From Ureibacillus sp. (GTDB taxonomy: Bacteria; Bacillota; Bacilli; Bacillales_A; Planococcaceae): a stretch of DNA of 64,000 nucleotides. The stretch spans positions 124,669 to 188,668 of the forward strand of contig JAPSJC010000001.1 of NCBI GenBank assembly GCA_031178355.1. The letters run 5' to 3'. Shown in pieces: positions 1 to 10,208 of the stretch; position 1 is the stretch's first letter, and every line of letters begins with the position of its first letter. The notes beneath the pieces are model-generated. The model was not told the DNA's origin. It saw only the letters and a program-made list of their open reading frames with translations, and did no database searches. A program made the translations under genes and the position numbers.

Positions 1-2
1 AT

Positions 3-1400
3 ACCTACAATGAGTTAATAAATCGAGCTTATGCTCTTTCAACTTATTTTCATCATGTGGGATTAGAAAAGGGCGATCGAATCGGCATCTTAATGTCTAA
101 TCGTGCTGAACATATTGAATTAGATGTAGCGGTTTCACTGGCTGGTCTAATTAAGGTGCCACTGAATTATCGTCTTCATCCATTAGAACATGAGTATCAA
201 ATTAAAGACTCTGGAATGTCATTACTAATTGGTGAAGAAGAATTAATTAAAAATTTACAATTAGAAATGCCAACATTATTCATCGGTAACGAGTACGAAA
301 GTGTTGTAAAACAATTTCATGGCAAATCATTTGAAAACGTTGTGGATGAAGATGATTTAATGGCCATCATGTATACATCAGGTACGACGGGAAATCCAAA
401 AGGTGTTATGCTATCACATCGTAATATGGTAACGGGAGCTCAATCGTTAGCCATAGCTTGTGAGGTGGATTTTAAGGATATTATTGGTCATGTTGCACCT
501 TTAACTCATGGAGCTAACTTCTTAAGTCACGTCGCATGGTTATATGGATTAACACAAGTTGTTTATGATAAGTTCGAACCACACCAATTTATCCATCATT
601 TGGAAGAAGATCAGGTGTCAGTTCTATTCTTAGTTCCAACTATGGTGAATTTAATGGTTCAACATGAGCAATTTGATCCAAACAAGCTGAAGACCGTCAA
701 GTCAATTAATATGGCGGGCTCACCAATAGCAGCTGCTAAACTTCAAGAAGCTTTAGATAAAATAGGTACTAAGTTTGTAGAAACATATGGTCAAGTAGAA
801 GCTCCAATGTGTATTTCTATTATGCCGAGATATGATTTACCGTCTCACCTTGATTCTTGTGGAAGAGTGGGACCATTTGTTGATGTCAAAATAATTGATG
901 ACGAAGGTAATGAAGTTCCTATAGGGGAAATTGGTGAAATTACTGCAAAAGGTCCGCTTGTTATGAAAGGATACTGGAATAATGAGAATGCAACTAATGA
1001 TACGATACAAGATGGTTGGTTGCATACAGGTGATTTAGGACGCTTAGATGAAAATGGTTTCTTATATATTGTAGACCGAAAAAAAGAAGTAATCATATCT
1101 GGAGGTGTTAATATTTACCCTCGTGAAGTAGAAGAGGTTTTAAATAAACATCCATATGTGAAGGAAACATGTGTAATCGGTGTTCCTGATGAGAAATGGG
1201 GAGAAAATGTAGTTGCTTATGTAGTTCCAAATGGTCGTGGTGAAGTTAAAGATGAAGAGTTAATCGATTTATGTAAGAACAATCTTGCAAGCTTCAAAAA
1301 ACCAAAAGAGATCTATATAGTTGAAAGCTTACCAAAAAGTTCATATGGAAAAATACTTAAGAGAGAACTTGTAAACAAACATATTGGGGTGACGAGATGA
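3..1400 (+). CDS. Acyl-CoA synthetase / AMP-binding CoA ligase (5'-partial; frame is open to the window edge)
   Basis: AMP-binding motifs YTSGTTGNPKG, YGQVE, GWLHTGDLG, DRKKE, PKSSYGKILK; frame upstream of the GTG at 57 reads TYNELINRAYALSTYFHH with no stop. Confidence 0.9.
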   Translation, partial: TYNELINRAYALSTYFHHVGLEKGDRIGILMSNRAEHIELDVAVSLAGLIKVPLNYRLHPLEHEYQIKDSGMSLLIGEEELIKNLQLEMPTLFIGNEYESVVKQFHGKSFENVVDEDDLMAIMYTSGTTGNPKGVMLSHRNMVTGAQSLAIACEVDFKDIIGHVAPLTHGANFLSHVAWLYGLTQVVYDKFEPHQFIHHLEEDQVSVLFLVPTMVNLMVQHEQFDPNKLKTVKSINMAGSPIAAAKLQEALDKIGTKFVETYGQVEAPMCISIMPRYDLPSHLDSCGRVGPFVDVKIIDDEGNEVPIGEIGEITAKGPLVMKGYWNNENATNDTIQDGWLHTGDLGRLDENGFLYIVDRKKEVIISGGVNIYPREVEEVLNKHPYVKETCVIGVPDEKWGENVVAYVVPNGRGEVKDEELIDLCKNNLASFKKPKEIYIVESLPKSSYGKILKRELVNKHIGVTR

Positions 1401-2533
1401 CCGCTGTTTACGTACATGGAATTGGAATGACAAAGTTTGGAAGTTTTGAAGATAAGTCTTTAAAGGACCTTCTCATAGAGGCAAGTAGGGAAGCGCTAAA
1501 GGATGCAGATCACCCAAAAATAGATGCTATATTCGTAGGTAACTTTATGGGTGGTACCCTTTCAAATCAAGAAATATTAGGTGCAATTGTTGCTCATGAT
1601 TTAGGTCTTGGATATATTCCAACTGCGAAATTAGAGGGAGCTTGTGCGTCCGGTGGTATTGCTCTACGACAAGGAGTTTTAAGTATATTGAGCGGAGAGT
1701 ACGAAAATGTATTGGTAGTTGGTGCCGAAAAAATGAAGCACGCTTCAACAGCCACTGTTACTCAATTTATAAATACTGCTATGGATCAAAGTACTACTGA
1801 AAAAGAAGCAGGTTTAACCTTCCCAGGTTTCTTTGGTACAGTAGCAAACAGATATATGTTCGAAACAGGAGCTAAAAAAGAACATCTTGCAAAAGTAGCC
1901 TTAAAAAATAGAGAAAATGCAATTAATAACCCATTAGCTCAGTTCCAAAAACCTACTTCAATAGATGAAATTATTAACGCTCGTATGGTTACAGATCCTT
2001 TAGGTCTATTCGATTGTTCACCAATTACCGACGGTGCTGCAGCAGTTGTATTGTCGAGCAAACCTTCTTCGATTAAAGTTCGTGCATCTGCACAAAGTTC
2101 AGGTCCAACATTGATGCAAGACGCAGTCGATTTGTTATCTCTACCTGCAGTTAAAATTTCAGGCGAAAAAGCTTATGAAAAAGCGGGATTAGGACCAAAA
2201 GATATAGATGTTGTAGAAATTCACGATTGTTTTTCAATGACCGAAATATTATCAATTGAAGAATTAGGTTTCTTTCAGAAGTTAGAGGGCTGGAAAGCGG
2301 TTGAAGAAGGTAAAACAAGAGTTGATGGTGAAATACCTGTAAATACAAGTGGAGGATTATTATCAAAAGGTCATCCTATAGGTGCTACAGGTATTGCGCA
2401 AATCTATCAATTAGTTCGTCAACTAAGAGGAAACGCTCCTAACCAGCTTGCAAAACAACCGAAAATAGCATTAGCTCAAAATCTAGGTGGTACAGGTGCT
2501 TATTCTGTTGTACACATTTTGGAGAGGGTGTAA
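1397..2533 (+). CDS. SCP2-type (lipid-transfer-like) thiolase
   Basis: EGACASGG nucleophile Cys, EIHDCF and GHPIGATG motifs, C-terminal QNLGG instead of CxG; ATGA overlap with the ligase. Confidence 0.88.
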   Translation: MTAVYVHGIGMTKFGSFEDKSLKDLLIEASREALKDADHPKIDAIFVGNFMGGTLSNQEILGAIVAHDLGLGYIPTAKLEGACASGGIALRQGVLSILSGEYENVLVVGAEKMKHASTATVTQFINTAMDQSTTEKEAGLTFPGFFGTVANRYMFETGAKKEHLAKVALKNRENAINNPLAQFQKPTSIDEIINARMVTDPLGLFDCSPITDGAAAVVLSSKPSSIKVRASAQSSGPTLMQDAVDLLSLPAVKISGEKAYEKAGLGPKDIDVVEIHDCFSMTEILSIEELGFFQKLEGWKAVEEGKTRVDGEIPVNTSGGLLSKGHPIGATGIAQIYQLVRQLRGNAPNQLAKQPKIALAQNLGGTGAYSVVHILERV

Positions 2534-2536
2534 ACT

Positions 2537-2857
2537 ATGAAAGTTTATGAATGTTGTGGAATTGAATCTGTCACAAAGAAAGTATTTTGCAGTTCATGTG
2601 GAAAAGAAATAGTAAACGAAACGGAAGTGCCAGATGAAGGTATAGTTTATAGTTTTACAGTCATCCAGGTACCTCCAGCACAATTTGCTCATTTAGCACC
2701 ATACACAGTAGCGTTAGTACAATTGAAGAATTCAAACGCAAAAATAACTGCACGTATTTTAGAGAATGTTGAAATTGGAGATCAAGTTTCACTTGATTCA
2801 ATAGTGGATGGAGCTTACGTATTTAAAAAGGTAAATACGAACGAAGCAGTCTATTAA
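2537..2857 (+). CDS. DUF35-family Zn-ribbon/OB-fold thiolase partner protein
   Basis: N-terminal CC...CSSC, then G.VYSFTVI..PP..F...APY.VALV.L OB-fold pattern; RBS GAGAGGG; directly after the thiolase. Confidence 0.85.
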   Translation: MKVYECCGIESVTKKVFCSSCGKEIVNETEVPDEGIVYSFTVIQVPPAQFAHLAPYTVALVQLKNSNAKITARILENVEIGDQVSLDSIVDGAYVFKKVNTNEAVY

Positions 2858-3001
2858 TAAAAGACGAGATCCTCAACATTAACGTAGCATTTTAACGTCA
2901 ATGTGGAATTTCAATTTATAAATGTTTGAAGGCTGTCTTGAAAGGTTTACTTTTAAGGCAGCCACTTTCTTTTCATACATTACGAAAGAGGCGACTGTTT
3001 A

Positions 3002-3928
3002 TTGAGTAACGGTAAAGTTTATACCATATTGGTTTTAGTTATGTTAGCTTGGGGATTAAATGTAACATGGTTAAAAATTATTGTATCAAATGGTGATCCA
3101 TTAACTTTACAATCCTTTCGAATACTTACAGCTGGAATAGTTGTATTTCTAATTTTGATCATATTAAGACAAAAGTTATATGTTGAGAATATGCCATGGA
3201 AATATATTATACTAGGTAGCCTTTTTGGTGTCATATTCCATCACGGTTTTTTAGCTTTTGGTATTGAACAAACTACTGCAACAAAAACGGCTATAATAAG
3301 TGGATTTAGTCCTTTAATGGTTGCAATTATTGCAGTTATATTCAAAGATACAATCTTGACCAAATCAAAGTTAATAGGTTTTATTTTAGGTGGACTTGGG
3401 GTTTTCATTGCTGTTGTACAAGATTTCCGAGAATTGTTGCACTGGCAAATAGGGGATATTCTAGTATTCTTATCATTTTTTTTACAAGCATTTAGTTTTA
3501 TTGCAATTAGAAGAGGGACTAAGATGATTTCTCCTCTGCTTATGACGGCATATATGCTGACAATTGGGTCATTATTTATAGTATGTAGTTCAATTCTCCT
3601 GAATCCAAAAGGGATAGTTGTATTTGCAACTGGTGATCTAATTTTTTGGTCAGTATTTTTATTATCAGCTGTCATTGCAACTGGTTTAGGTCATAGTTTG
3701 TATAATTTATGTATAAAAAATATCGGAACGGCTGAATCTGCAATATTTGTGAATTTAAATACCGTCTTTGCATTAATCGGAACAACTTTAATACTAAGTG
3801 AGTCTATATCACTTCAACAAATTATTGGTACTCTTATAATTATAGTTGGTGTATTAGTGGGTACAGGTAATGTAGAGGTTATGATTTTAAAATATCGTGA
3901 AAAATATACTTCGCAAAGTCGTAGCTAA
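3002..3928 (+). CDS. DMT/EamA family transporter
   Basis: About 10 hydrophobic segments in two EamA repeats (AWGLN, SPL, IGDIL motifs). Confidence 0.85.
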   Translation: MSNGKVYTILVLVMLAWGLNVTWLKIIVSNGDPLTLQSFRILTAGIVVFLILIILRQKLYVENMPWKYIILGSLFGVIFHHGFLAFGIEQTTATKTAIISGFSPLMVAIIAVIFKDTILTKSKLIGFILGGLGVFIAVVQDFRELLHWQIGDILVFLSFFLQAFSFIAIRRGTKMISPLLMTAYMLTIGSLFIVCSSILLNPKGIVVFATGDLIFWSVFLLSAVIATGLGHSLYNLCIKNIGTAESAIFVNLNTVFALIGTTLILSESISLQQIIGTLIIIVGVLVGTGNVEVMILKYREKYTSQSRS

Positions 3929-4056
3929 TGTTTATGCAAGATAGATTAGTAAGTTCATAACAACAAAATATTCGAAAGAGAAATCCCCCTTTTTGTTCTA
4001 GAAATTTTCTATTTGATTACAATAGATATAGAGTTCGTTTTTTAAGGGGGATTTTA

Positions 4057-5319
4057 ATGTTGAAAAAATGGGGTACTAGAGCTGTTCTTGCATTTATACT
4101 TTATGCAATTGCAATGTATGTATATATTTTCCACTTAAGTGACGGAGGTATACCTGAAATATTAAAGGGGACTGCTGGTGATCCGGAAACTTTCATGACA
4201 GAAAGAGAGCTACTCTTAAGCGAAGAATATTCTAAAATTAGAAATTTCCTGTTTTTTATTATTACTCCTTTTGAATGGCTAATGTATTTTGTCATACTAG
4301 TTTCAGGTAGTTCTTTTATATTTGAGAAGTGGTCCCAGGTAACGAAATGGAGAATTGTACATAATTCCATTTACTTATTTTTACTCTCATTTCTAACGTT
4401 TATTATCTTTTTCCCAATAGATTACGTAAGATATACTTTAAGTAGGGGATATGGGATTAGCACACAAAATTTCTCTTCTTGGATGAGAGACAATGTTGTA
4501 GATTTTTGGGTTAATTTAATTATTACAATAGTTGTGATATCGGTTCTTTATTGGCTAATTAAGAAAAGTGAAAAGAAATGGTGGTTTTATGCTTGGTTAT
4601 TAACCATTCCATTCTCCATCTTTTTAATGTACATTCAACCTGTGATTATTGATCCACTCTATAATGAGTTCTACCCTTTAAAAAATAAGGACCTCGAAGC
4701 TAAAATATTGGGACTTGCTGAACAGGCCAACATACCAGCTGACCGTGTTTATGAAGTGAATATGGCAGATAAAACCAATGCATTAAATGCATATGTAACT
4801 GGTGTAGGGGATAATTCAAGAATCGTCCTTTGGGATACAACCTTAAATCGTTTAACAGAAGAAGAAATACTTTTTATCATGGCTCACGAGATGGGGCATT
4901 ATGTTGAAAAGCATATTTATATTGGTATAGCTGGGTATCTAGTGATGATGTTTGTCGGCCTTTGGTTAATTTCCAAAATTATGCCTTGGCTAATTCAGAA
5001 GCATGGGGATCTTTTGAAGGTAAAGAGTATTAGAAATATTCATTCATTACCATTATTATTGCTAATCTCTTCCTTTTTATTATTTTTCTCAAATCCAATA
5101 TTCAATGCTGTATCTAGGTATCAGGAAACGAGAGCTGATCAATTTGCAATTGAATTAGTAGATAATCCTGAAGCTGCAATAAGTGGATTCCAAAAGTTAT
5201 CGAAGGCAGGATTAAGTGAAGTGAATCCTCCTACTATAGTGAAATGGTTTAGATATACTCATCCACCTATGCTCGAGAGAATCAATAGTATCGTAGAGAA
5301 TATTGAGTCAGACTACTAA
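4057..5319 (+). CDS. M48 family (Ste24/YhfN-like) membrane metalloprotease
   Basis: NAYVTG, HEMGH zinc motif, E..AD, THPP...RI; multiple TM helices. Confidence 0.9.
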   Translation: MLKKWGTRAVLAFILYAIAMYVYIFHLSDGGIPEILKGTAGDPETFMTERELLLSEEYSKIRNFLFFIITPFEWLMYFVILVSGSSFIFEKWSQVTKWRIVHNSIYLFLLSFLTFIIFFPIDYVRYTLSRGYGISTQNFSSWMRDNVVDFWVNLIITIVVISVLYWLIKKSEKKWWFYAWLLTIPFSIFLMYIQPVIIDPLYNEFYPLKNKDLEAKILGLAEQANIPADRVYEVNMADKTNALNAYVTGVGDNSRIVLWDTTLNRLTEEEILFIMAHEMGHYVEKHIYIGIAGYLVMMFVGLWLISKIMPWLIQKHGDLLKVKSIRNIHSLPLLLLISSFLLFFSNPIFNAVSRYQETRADQFAIELVDNPEAAISGFQKLSKAGLSEVNPPTIVKWFRYTHPPMLERINSIVENIESDY

Positions 5320-5540
5320 AAATAATGAAGGTATAATTAATTATAGATAAATAATTTTTTATGCATTGGCTGTTGTGAATGGTGTCTTTCATAACAGCTC
5401 TTTTTTATGCTAGAGAATGGAGTTGAATTTAATAAATTATATAAAGTATTGTATGGTATTTCCCGACTAGAATTTGATAAAAATGTAGCTTATTTAACTC
5501 CTTTTCTATAAAATAGACAAAAAGGAAAACAATTGGAAAG

Positions 5541-7214
5541 GTGTTTTGGAGGATGCTGGAAGAAAAGGTAGAAAAACAGGATCTGTTATCCAGGATATGT
5601 CGAATAGGAGACCAAATTCAGTTCCCATTCTTAATCTCAGATCCAAGCTTATCAAAAGAGCCAATTGTTTATGTAAATAAATTATTTACAAAGTTAATAA
5701 GTAACGAAGAAGCTATCGGACAAAGTAAGCCTGATATTATAAAAGAATCGTTTAATTTCATAATTAAGAATAATGAATTGCAAGAGCATCAGAAAGTGAC
5801 ACTAGATAATACCACTATTGTTTCTCTAAAAAAAGCTTCTTCTATTTTTTATGAATATTCCGAACAAAAATTATTCGATAATAACGGGAACCATATTTTT
5901 ACACTATTAGTCTTAGTTAATATTACAAAATTTAAAAATGAAATCTATAACGTAACGTTCTTTGATCCAATATCGCATCTTCCAAATTATCAATATTTTA
6001 CAGAACACTTCGATAATTCGGTAAACGTAAATTCAAACGGGTTTATATTACTTATACAGCCAGGAGAATATGCGAATATCGTTGATGCATTTGGAAAAAA
6101 CTATTTAGGATTTTTATTAAAAGAGTTAAACAAGAGATTTATTGCGATTTTAGAGGAACTTCCAATCATAATTTCAAGAGCGACTGAAGGCTCGTTAATT
6201 ATTTCAGCAAATTGTAAAGACTCAGAAACTGAGGAATACGTTCAAAAATTATTGGAAGCTGTTCATGATCCGTTTGTGATTGATGATATTGAGTTGTTTA
6301 TCTCATTAAAAATTGGTGTAGTTTCGTTTAAGTACTTTAAAGGAAATATTGATGAACTTGTTCGATATTCAGATATAGCATTGAGTAATTCTAAACTACA
6401 AGCTGGAAATGCCATTGTATATTATGAAGAATATTTCAGTAAGGATTTAAAAGAGAAAATACTTATTCAAAATGAATTAGTGCATGCCATTCGAAATAAT
6501 GATATTAGGGTTCATCTACAACCAAAAGTGAACATCTTAGATGGAAAGATTGTTAGTTTTGAGGCATTAGCTCGTTGGTTTTCAAGTAAATATGGACAAG
6601 TTCCTCCAGTCATGTTCATTGAAGCAGCTGAAACAATTGGGAAAATAGAAGAACTTGATTTCATAATTATTGAGCAAGTATTACATTGGTTATCTAATAG
6701 AAAACAACAAAACTTAGCCTTATATCAGGTTTCTGTTAACATATCCCCAACCCACTTTTACACACCATTCTTTACCGAAAAGTTATTAACTATCGTAAAT
6801 CGTTTTAGAATTGATCCAATTTACATCAAAATTGAACTTACTGAAAATATTGGTCTTGTAGATTTAGCAAGGGCTAAACAAATTATTCACGACTTAAAAC
6901 AACTGGGATTTGAATGTTCTGTAGATGACTTTGGAATAGGATTCTCTTCTTTAAGTTACTTACACCAACTTCCTGTAAATGAGTTAAAAATTGATCGAAG
7001 TTTCATCAATAATCTTCACGACCATGGTGGAAGTGAGATTGTAAAAACCATTATACAGTTAGCAAGAAGTATGAATTTGACTGCAGTTGCAGAGGGGATT
7101 GAAAGTGAACATCAACTTGAAGTAATTCGATCAATGAGTTGTCAAGTTGCTCAAGGTTATTATTTCTATAAACCGATGTCGCTACAGGAAATCGATCACA
7201 TACTAACAAATTAA
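5541..7214 (+). CDS. PAS(LOV-like)-degenerate GGDEF-EAL protein, probable c-di-GMP phosphodiesterase
   Basis: DPISHLPN GGDEF entry, RATEGS in place of RxGGDEF; intact EAL motifs QPK, EALARW, ELTE, DDFGIGFSS, KIDRSF, EGIE, QGY. Confidence 0.85.
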   Translation: MFWRMLEEKVEKQDLLSRICRIGDQIQFPFLISDPSLSKEPIVYVNKLFTKLISNEEAIGQSKPDIIKESFNFIIKNNELQEHQKVTLDNTTIVSLKKASSIFYEYSEQKLFDNNGNHIFTLLVLVNITKFKNEIYNVTFFDPISHLPNYQYFTEHFDNSVNVNSNGFILLIQPGEYANIVDAFGKNYLGFLLKELNKRFIAILEELPIIISRATEGSLIISANCKDSETEEYVQKLLEAVHDPFVIDDIELFISLKIGVVSFKYFKGNIDELVRYSDIALSNSKLQAGNAIVYYEEYFSKDLKEKILIQNELVHAIRNNDIRVHLQPKVNILDGKIVSFEALARWFSSKYGQVPPVMFIEAAETIGKIEELDFIIIEQVLHWLSNRKQQNLALYQVSVNISPTHFYTPFFTEKLLTIVNRFRIDPIYIKIELTENIGLVDLARAKQIIHDLKQLGFECSVDDFGIGFSSLSYLHQLPVNELKIDRSFINNLHDHGGSEIVKTIIQLARSMNLTAVAEGIESEHQLEVIRSMSCQVAQGYYFYKPMSLQEIDHILTN

Positions 7215-7229
7215 TAGACATATAAAGAT

Positions 7230-7263
7230 AAAAAACAGAGGTTAATCCTCTGTTTTTTTTTTT
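7230..7263 (+). terminator. Intrinsic terminator
   Basis: AAAAACAGAGG-TTAAT-CCTCTGTTTTT followed by a T tract. Confidence 0.8.
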
Positions 7264-7366
7264 GAATAATATTCAAGTACAAGACTAATATTTATATAAA
7301 TGTTACATAGGATAATTTGCAGCTAGTGGTATAATTATCCTAAAATGGCGTATGCGAGGAAAAACC

Positions 7367-8464
7367 ATGAAGGAAATATTTCTAAAATATGGAAGTTTTT
7401 TAATAATTATTATAATCAATTTGTTTTATTCTTATTGGTCTGAAGAAAAAATTATTTGGTTACTATTCACCTTTACAATTATTTTGCTTATTTATTTTTT
7501 AGTTCCATTAGTTAACAGACCGATTATTAACTACTTACTCATTATCGTTGTTTTTACAATCACGACTTATCTTATGAATGGTGAGATCTATTATTTATTA
7601 TTATTCCCAGCTTTCTTTTTAATTGAAGGAGCATACAATCTGAAAGGGAATGATTTCTATGTTCTTAGCAGTAGTTATATTACCGTTTTGATTGTTTTAA
7701 CAGTAATACAAAAAGTTCCTTTATATCATTTTATGTTTTTCGTCATTTTTATAATTGGTTCAATCTATTTAAATCATTGCCTAAATGAAGTAAAAGAGAA
7801 GAATAAGTTATATGAACAGCTATTAATACAATATAGGAAGTTGAAAAGGATATCCGTTGAACAAGAAGAACTAGCACGATCTGAGGAGCGAACGAAGATT
7901 GCTAGAGATATGCATGACTCAGTAGGTCATAAACTAACAGCCTTATTAATGCAATTAGAAGTCTTGAATTTGCAACATGATGACACAGAAATAAGTCATG
8001 TCAAACAATTAGCTAGGGAAAGTCTAGAGGAAACTAGACACGCTGTTCGACAATTGAAAGTAAATGAAACAAGTGGCATACAATCAGTTATTCAATTAAT
8101 ACGAAAATTAGAGATGGAAAGTCGATTAATCATTCGTTTTACGTTAGAAAAAGGGGTATTATCTCTCCCTCTAACAAATAGACAGAGTGTTGTACTGTAT
8201 AGAGTTTTACAAGAGTGTTTAACAAATGCGATGAAACATAGTGAATCAAAAGAAGTTGATGTAACGCTCTCATTGAATTCATTACAACATGTACAATATT
8301 CAGTAAAAAATAAGGTATTTTCTAATTATCCGATTATACAAGGTTTTGGTCTGACGAATATGAAAGAACGATTACAGGAAATTGGAGGAGATTTGCGAAT
8401 TATTAAATCAGAACAACAGTTTGTTGTAGAGGGATCTTTTCCATTAAGGGAGGACGTATCATGA
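7367..8464 (+). CDS. Membrane sensor histidine kinase, HisKA_3 (NarQ/DesK/LnrJ-like)
   Basis: Multi-TM N-terminus; EERTKIARDMHDSVGH H-box; QECLTNAMKHS N-box; GFGLTNMKER; start chosen by GAGGA RBS. Confidence 0.88.
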   Translation: MKEIFLKYGSFLIIIIINLFYSYWSEEKIIWLLFTFTIILLIYFLVPLVNRPIINYLLIIVVFTITTYLMNGEIYYLLLFPAFFLIEGAYNLKGNDFYVLSSSYITVLIVLTVIQKVPLYHFMFFVIFIIGSIYLNHCLNEVKEKNKLYEQLLIQYRKLKRISVEQEELARSEERTKIARDMHDSVGHKLTALLMQLEVLNLQHDDTEISHVKQLARESLEETRHAVRQLKVNETSGIQSVIQLIRKLEMESRLIIRFTLEKGVLSLPLTNRQSVVLYRVLQECLTNAMKHSESKEVDVTLSLNSLQHVQYSVKNKVFSNYPIIQGFGLTNMKERLQEIGGDLRIIKSEQQFVVEGSFPLREDVS

Positions 8465-9105
8465 CCGTACATATTTTAATTGTGGAAGATCAAGCCATTG
8501 TACGTAACGGTTTAAAAATGATCATTGAACAAGATAACAAATTTCAAATTGTTGCTGAAGCTAATAATGGGAAAGAAGCTTTAGAAATATTAGAAAAAGT
8601 ACATATTGATTTAGTTTTAATGGATGTTCGAATGCCTGAAATGAATGGAATTGAGGCTACCAAAAGAATTAAATTTCGTTATCCTAGCGTAAAAATTCTT
8701 ATACTAACAACTTTTGATGACGAAGAATATGCGTATCAAACGTTAAAAGATGGAGCGATGGGCTTTATATTAAAATCCTCTGAACCACAGAAACTACTTT
8801 CATCCATTCATAGTATTCTTGAGGGTGGATTAGTTATTCAAGAGGACATTGCTGCAAGGTTAGTGCCAAAATTATTACAATCCCAATATTCTTCAAATTA
8901 CGAAAAACGAACGATACCCTTATCAGAGCGTGAATTAGAGATTGTAAAATTAGTAGGTGAAGGGAAAACAAATAAGGAGATTGCAAACACACTATTTTTA
9001 TCTGTTGGTACAGTGAAAAATCATATATCGAATATCTTGAATGAGCTTGAACTGCGAGATCGTACACAGATTGCAATTTATGCAATTAAGAATGGTATTG
9101 TTTAA
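8461..9105 (+). CDS. NarL/LuxR-family response regulator (LnrK-like)
   Basis: Receiver (VED, MDVRMP, LTTF, K) plus LSERELEIV...G.TNKEIA..LFLSVGTVKNH LuxR HTH. Confidence 0.92.
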   Translation: MTVHILIVEDQAIVRNGLKMIIEQDNKFQIVAEANNGKEALEILEKVHIDLVLMDVRMPEMNGIEATKRIKFRYPSVKILILTTFDDEEYAYQTLKDGAMGFILKSSEPQKLLSSIHSILEGGLVIQEDIAARLVPKLLQSQYSSNYEKRTIPLSERELEIVKLVGEGKTNKEIANTLFLSVGTVKNHISNILNELELRDRTQIAIYAIKNGIV

Positions 9106-9170
9106 TATGGCCAAATTTATGAAAAGGAGCTATCTTTGTCCCAATTTAAAAGATTGCTCTTTTTTTAATG

Positions 9171-9204
9171 TGACTTAGGTCATATTGGTTGATGACGTCA
9201 GTGA
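9171..9204 (+). promoter_or_regulatory. Putative response-regulator operator: two TGAC-N4-GTCA-like sites 22 bp apart
   Basis: TGACTTAGGTCA (9171-9182) and TGACGTCAGTGA (9193-9204) upstream of the ABC ATPase gene. Confidence 0.55.
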
Positions 9205-9262
9205 CTTAATGAACTAAAAGTTAATTGGTATTGTTACATTAGAAAAGAAAGGTGGCGGATAC

Positions 9263-10195
9263 ATGCTAGAAGTCGTGAATTTATCGAAAGTATATAAAAA
9301 GGTGAAAGCTGTTGATCAAGTAAACTTTTATATTGAGCCGGGTGAAATTGTTGGATTGCTCGGGCCAAACGGTGCTGGTAAGTCAACTACAATTGCAATG
9401 ATATCAACCCTCATTCCTCCAACAGAGGGAGATGTATTATTACGAAATGAAAATGTAATTAAGGAACCTACTAAACTTCGAAAGATTTTAGGTGTTGTTC
9501 CACAGGAAATAGCGCTCTATGGAGATTTGACTGCGAGGGAAAACTTAGAGTTTTTTGGAAGTGTGCATAAAATGTCGAAGAAGCTGTTAAAGGAAAGAAT
9601 TGAAATTGTATTGAAACAAATTGGACTAGAAAATGAGCACAAAAAACTAGTAAAACACTATTCTGGTGGGATGAAAAGAAGATTAAATATTGGTGTTGCT
9701 CTATTACATGAGCCACAATATTTAATAATGGATGAGCCAACAGTTGGGATAGATCCACAATCACGTAATCACATATTAGAAACGGTTAAACAACTTAATC
9801 AAGAATCGAACACGGCAATTATTTACACGAGTCACTACATGGAAGAAGTGGAGTACCTATGTAATCGCATTTACATTATGGATAAAGGACGAATTATTGC
9901 ATCTGGAGCAAAAGAAGAAATTAAATCCATTCTATCTTCAGAAAAAATGGTTGTAGTTAAATTCAATCGACATTCTAATGTATTTATTCAAGAATTGATG
10001 GACCTACCATTACTTTCGAATATAAATGTAAAAGAATCAGAAATAAACTTTACTGTTGCTAAAGATACGAATCTCTTACCAACATTAATGACCCTTTGTG
10101 AAAAACATAAAATCGTCCTAAACAGTTTCCAAGTAGAAGAACCAACATTAGAAGATGTATTTCTACACTTAACTGGACGTGCATTACGCAATTAG
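9263..10195 (+). CDS. ABC-2 exporter ATP-binding subunit (LnrL-like)
   Basis: GPNGAGKS Walker A, YSGGM signature, MDEPT Walker B, C-terminal PTLEDVFL.LTG. Confidence 0.92.
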   Translation: MLEVVNLSKVYKKVKAVDQVNFYIEPGEIVGLLGPNGAGKSTTIAMISTLIPPTEGDVLLRNENVIKEPTKLRKILGVVPQEIALYGDLTARENLEFFGSVHKMSKKLLKERIEIVLKQIGLENEHKKLVKHYSGGMKRRLNIGVALLHEPQYLIMDEPTVGIDPQSRNHILETVKQLNQESNTAIIYTSHYMEEVEYLCNRIYIMDKGRIIASGAKEEIKSILSSEKMVVVKFNRHSNVFIQELMDLPLLSNINVKESEINFTVAKDTNLLPTLMTLCEKHKIVLNSFQVEEPTLEDVFLHLTGRALRN

Positions 10196-10208
10196 GAGGG
10201 GAAACAAA

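Noticed and set aside
2870-2965. Two hairpins after the DUF35 gene, considered as REP/MITE or riboswitch
   Set aside because: No second copy in the window, no target duplication and no aptamer motif; explained as terminators.
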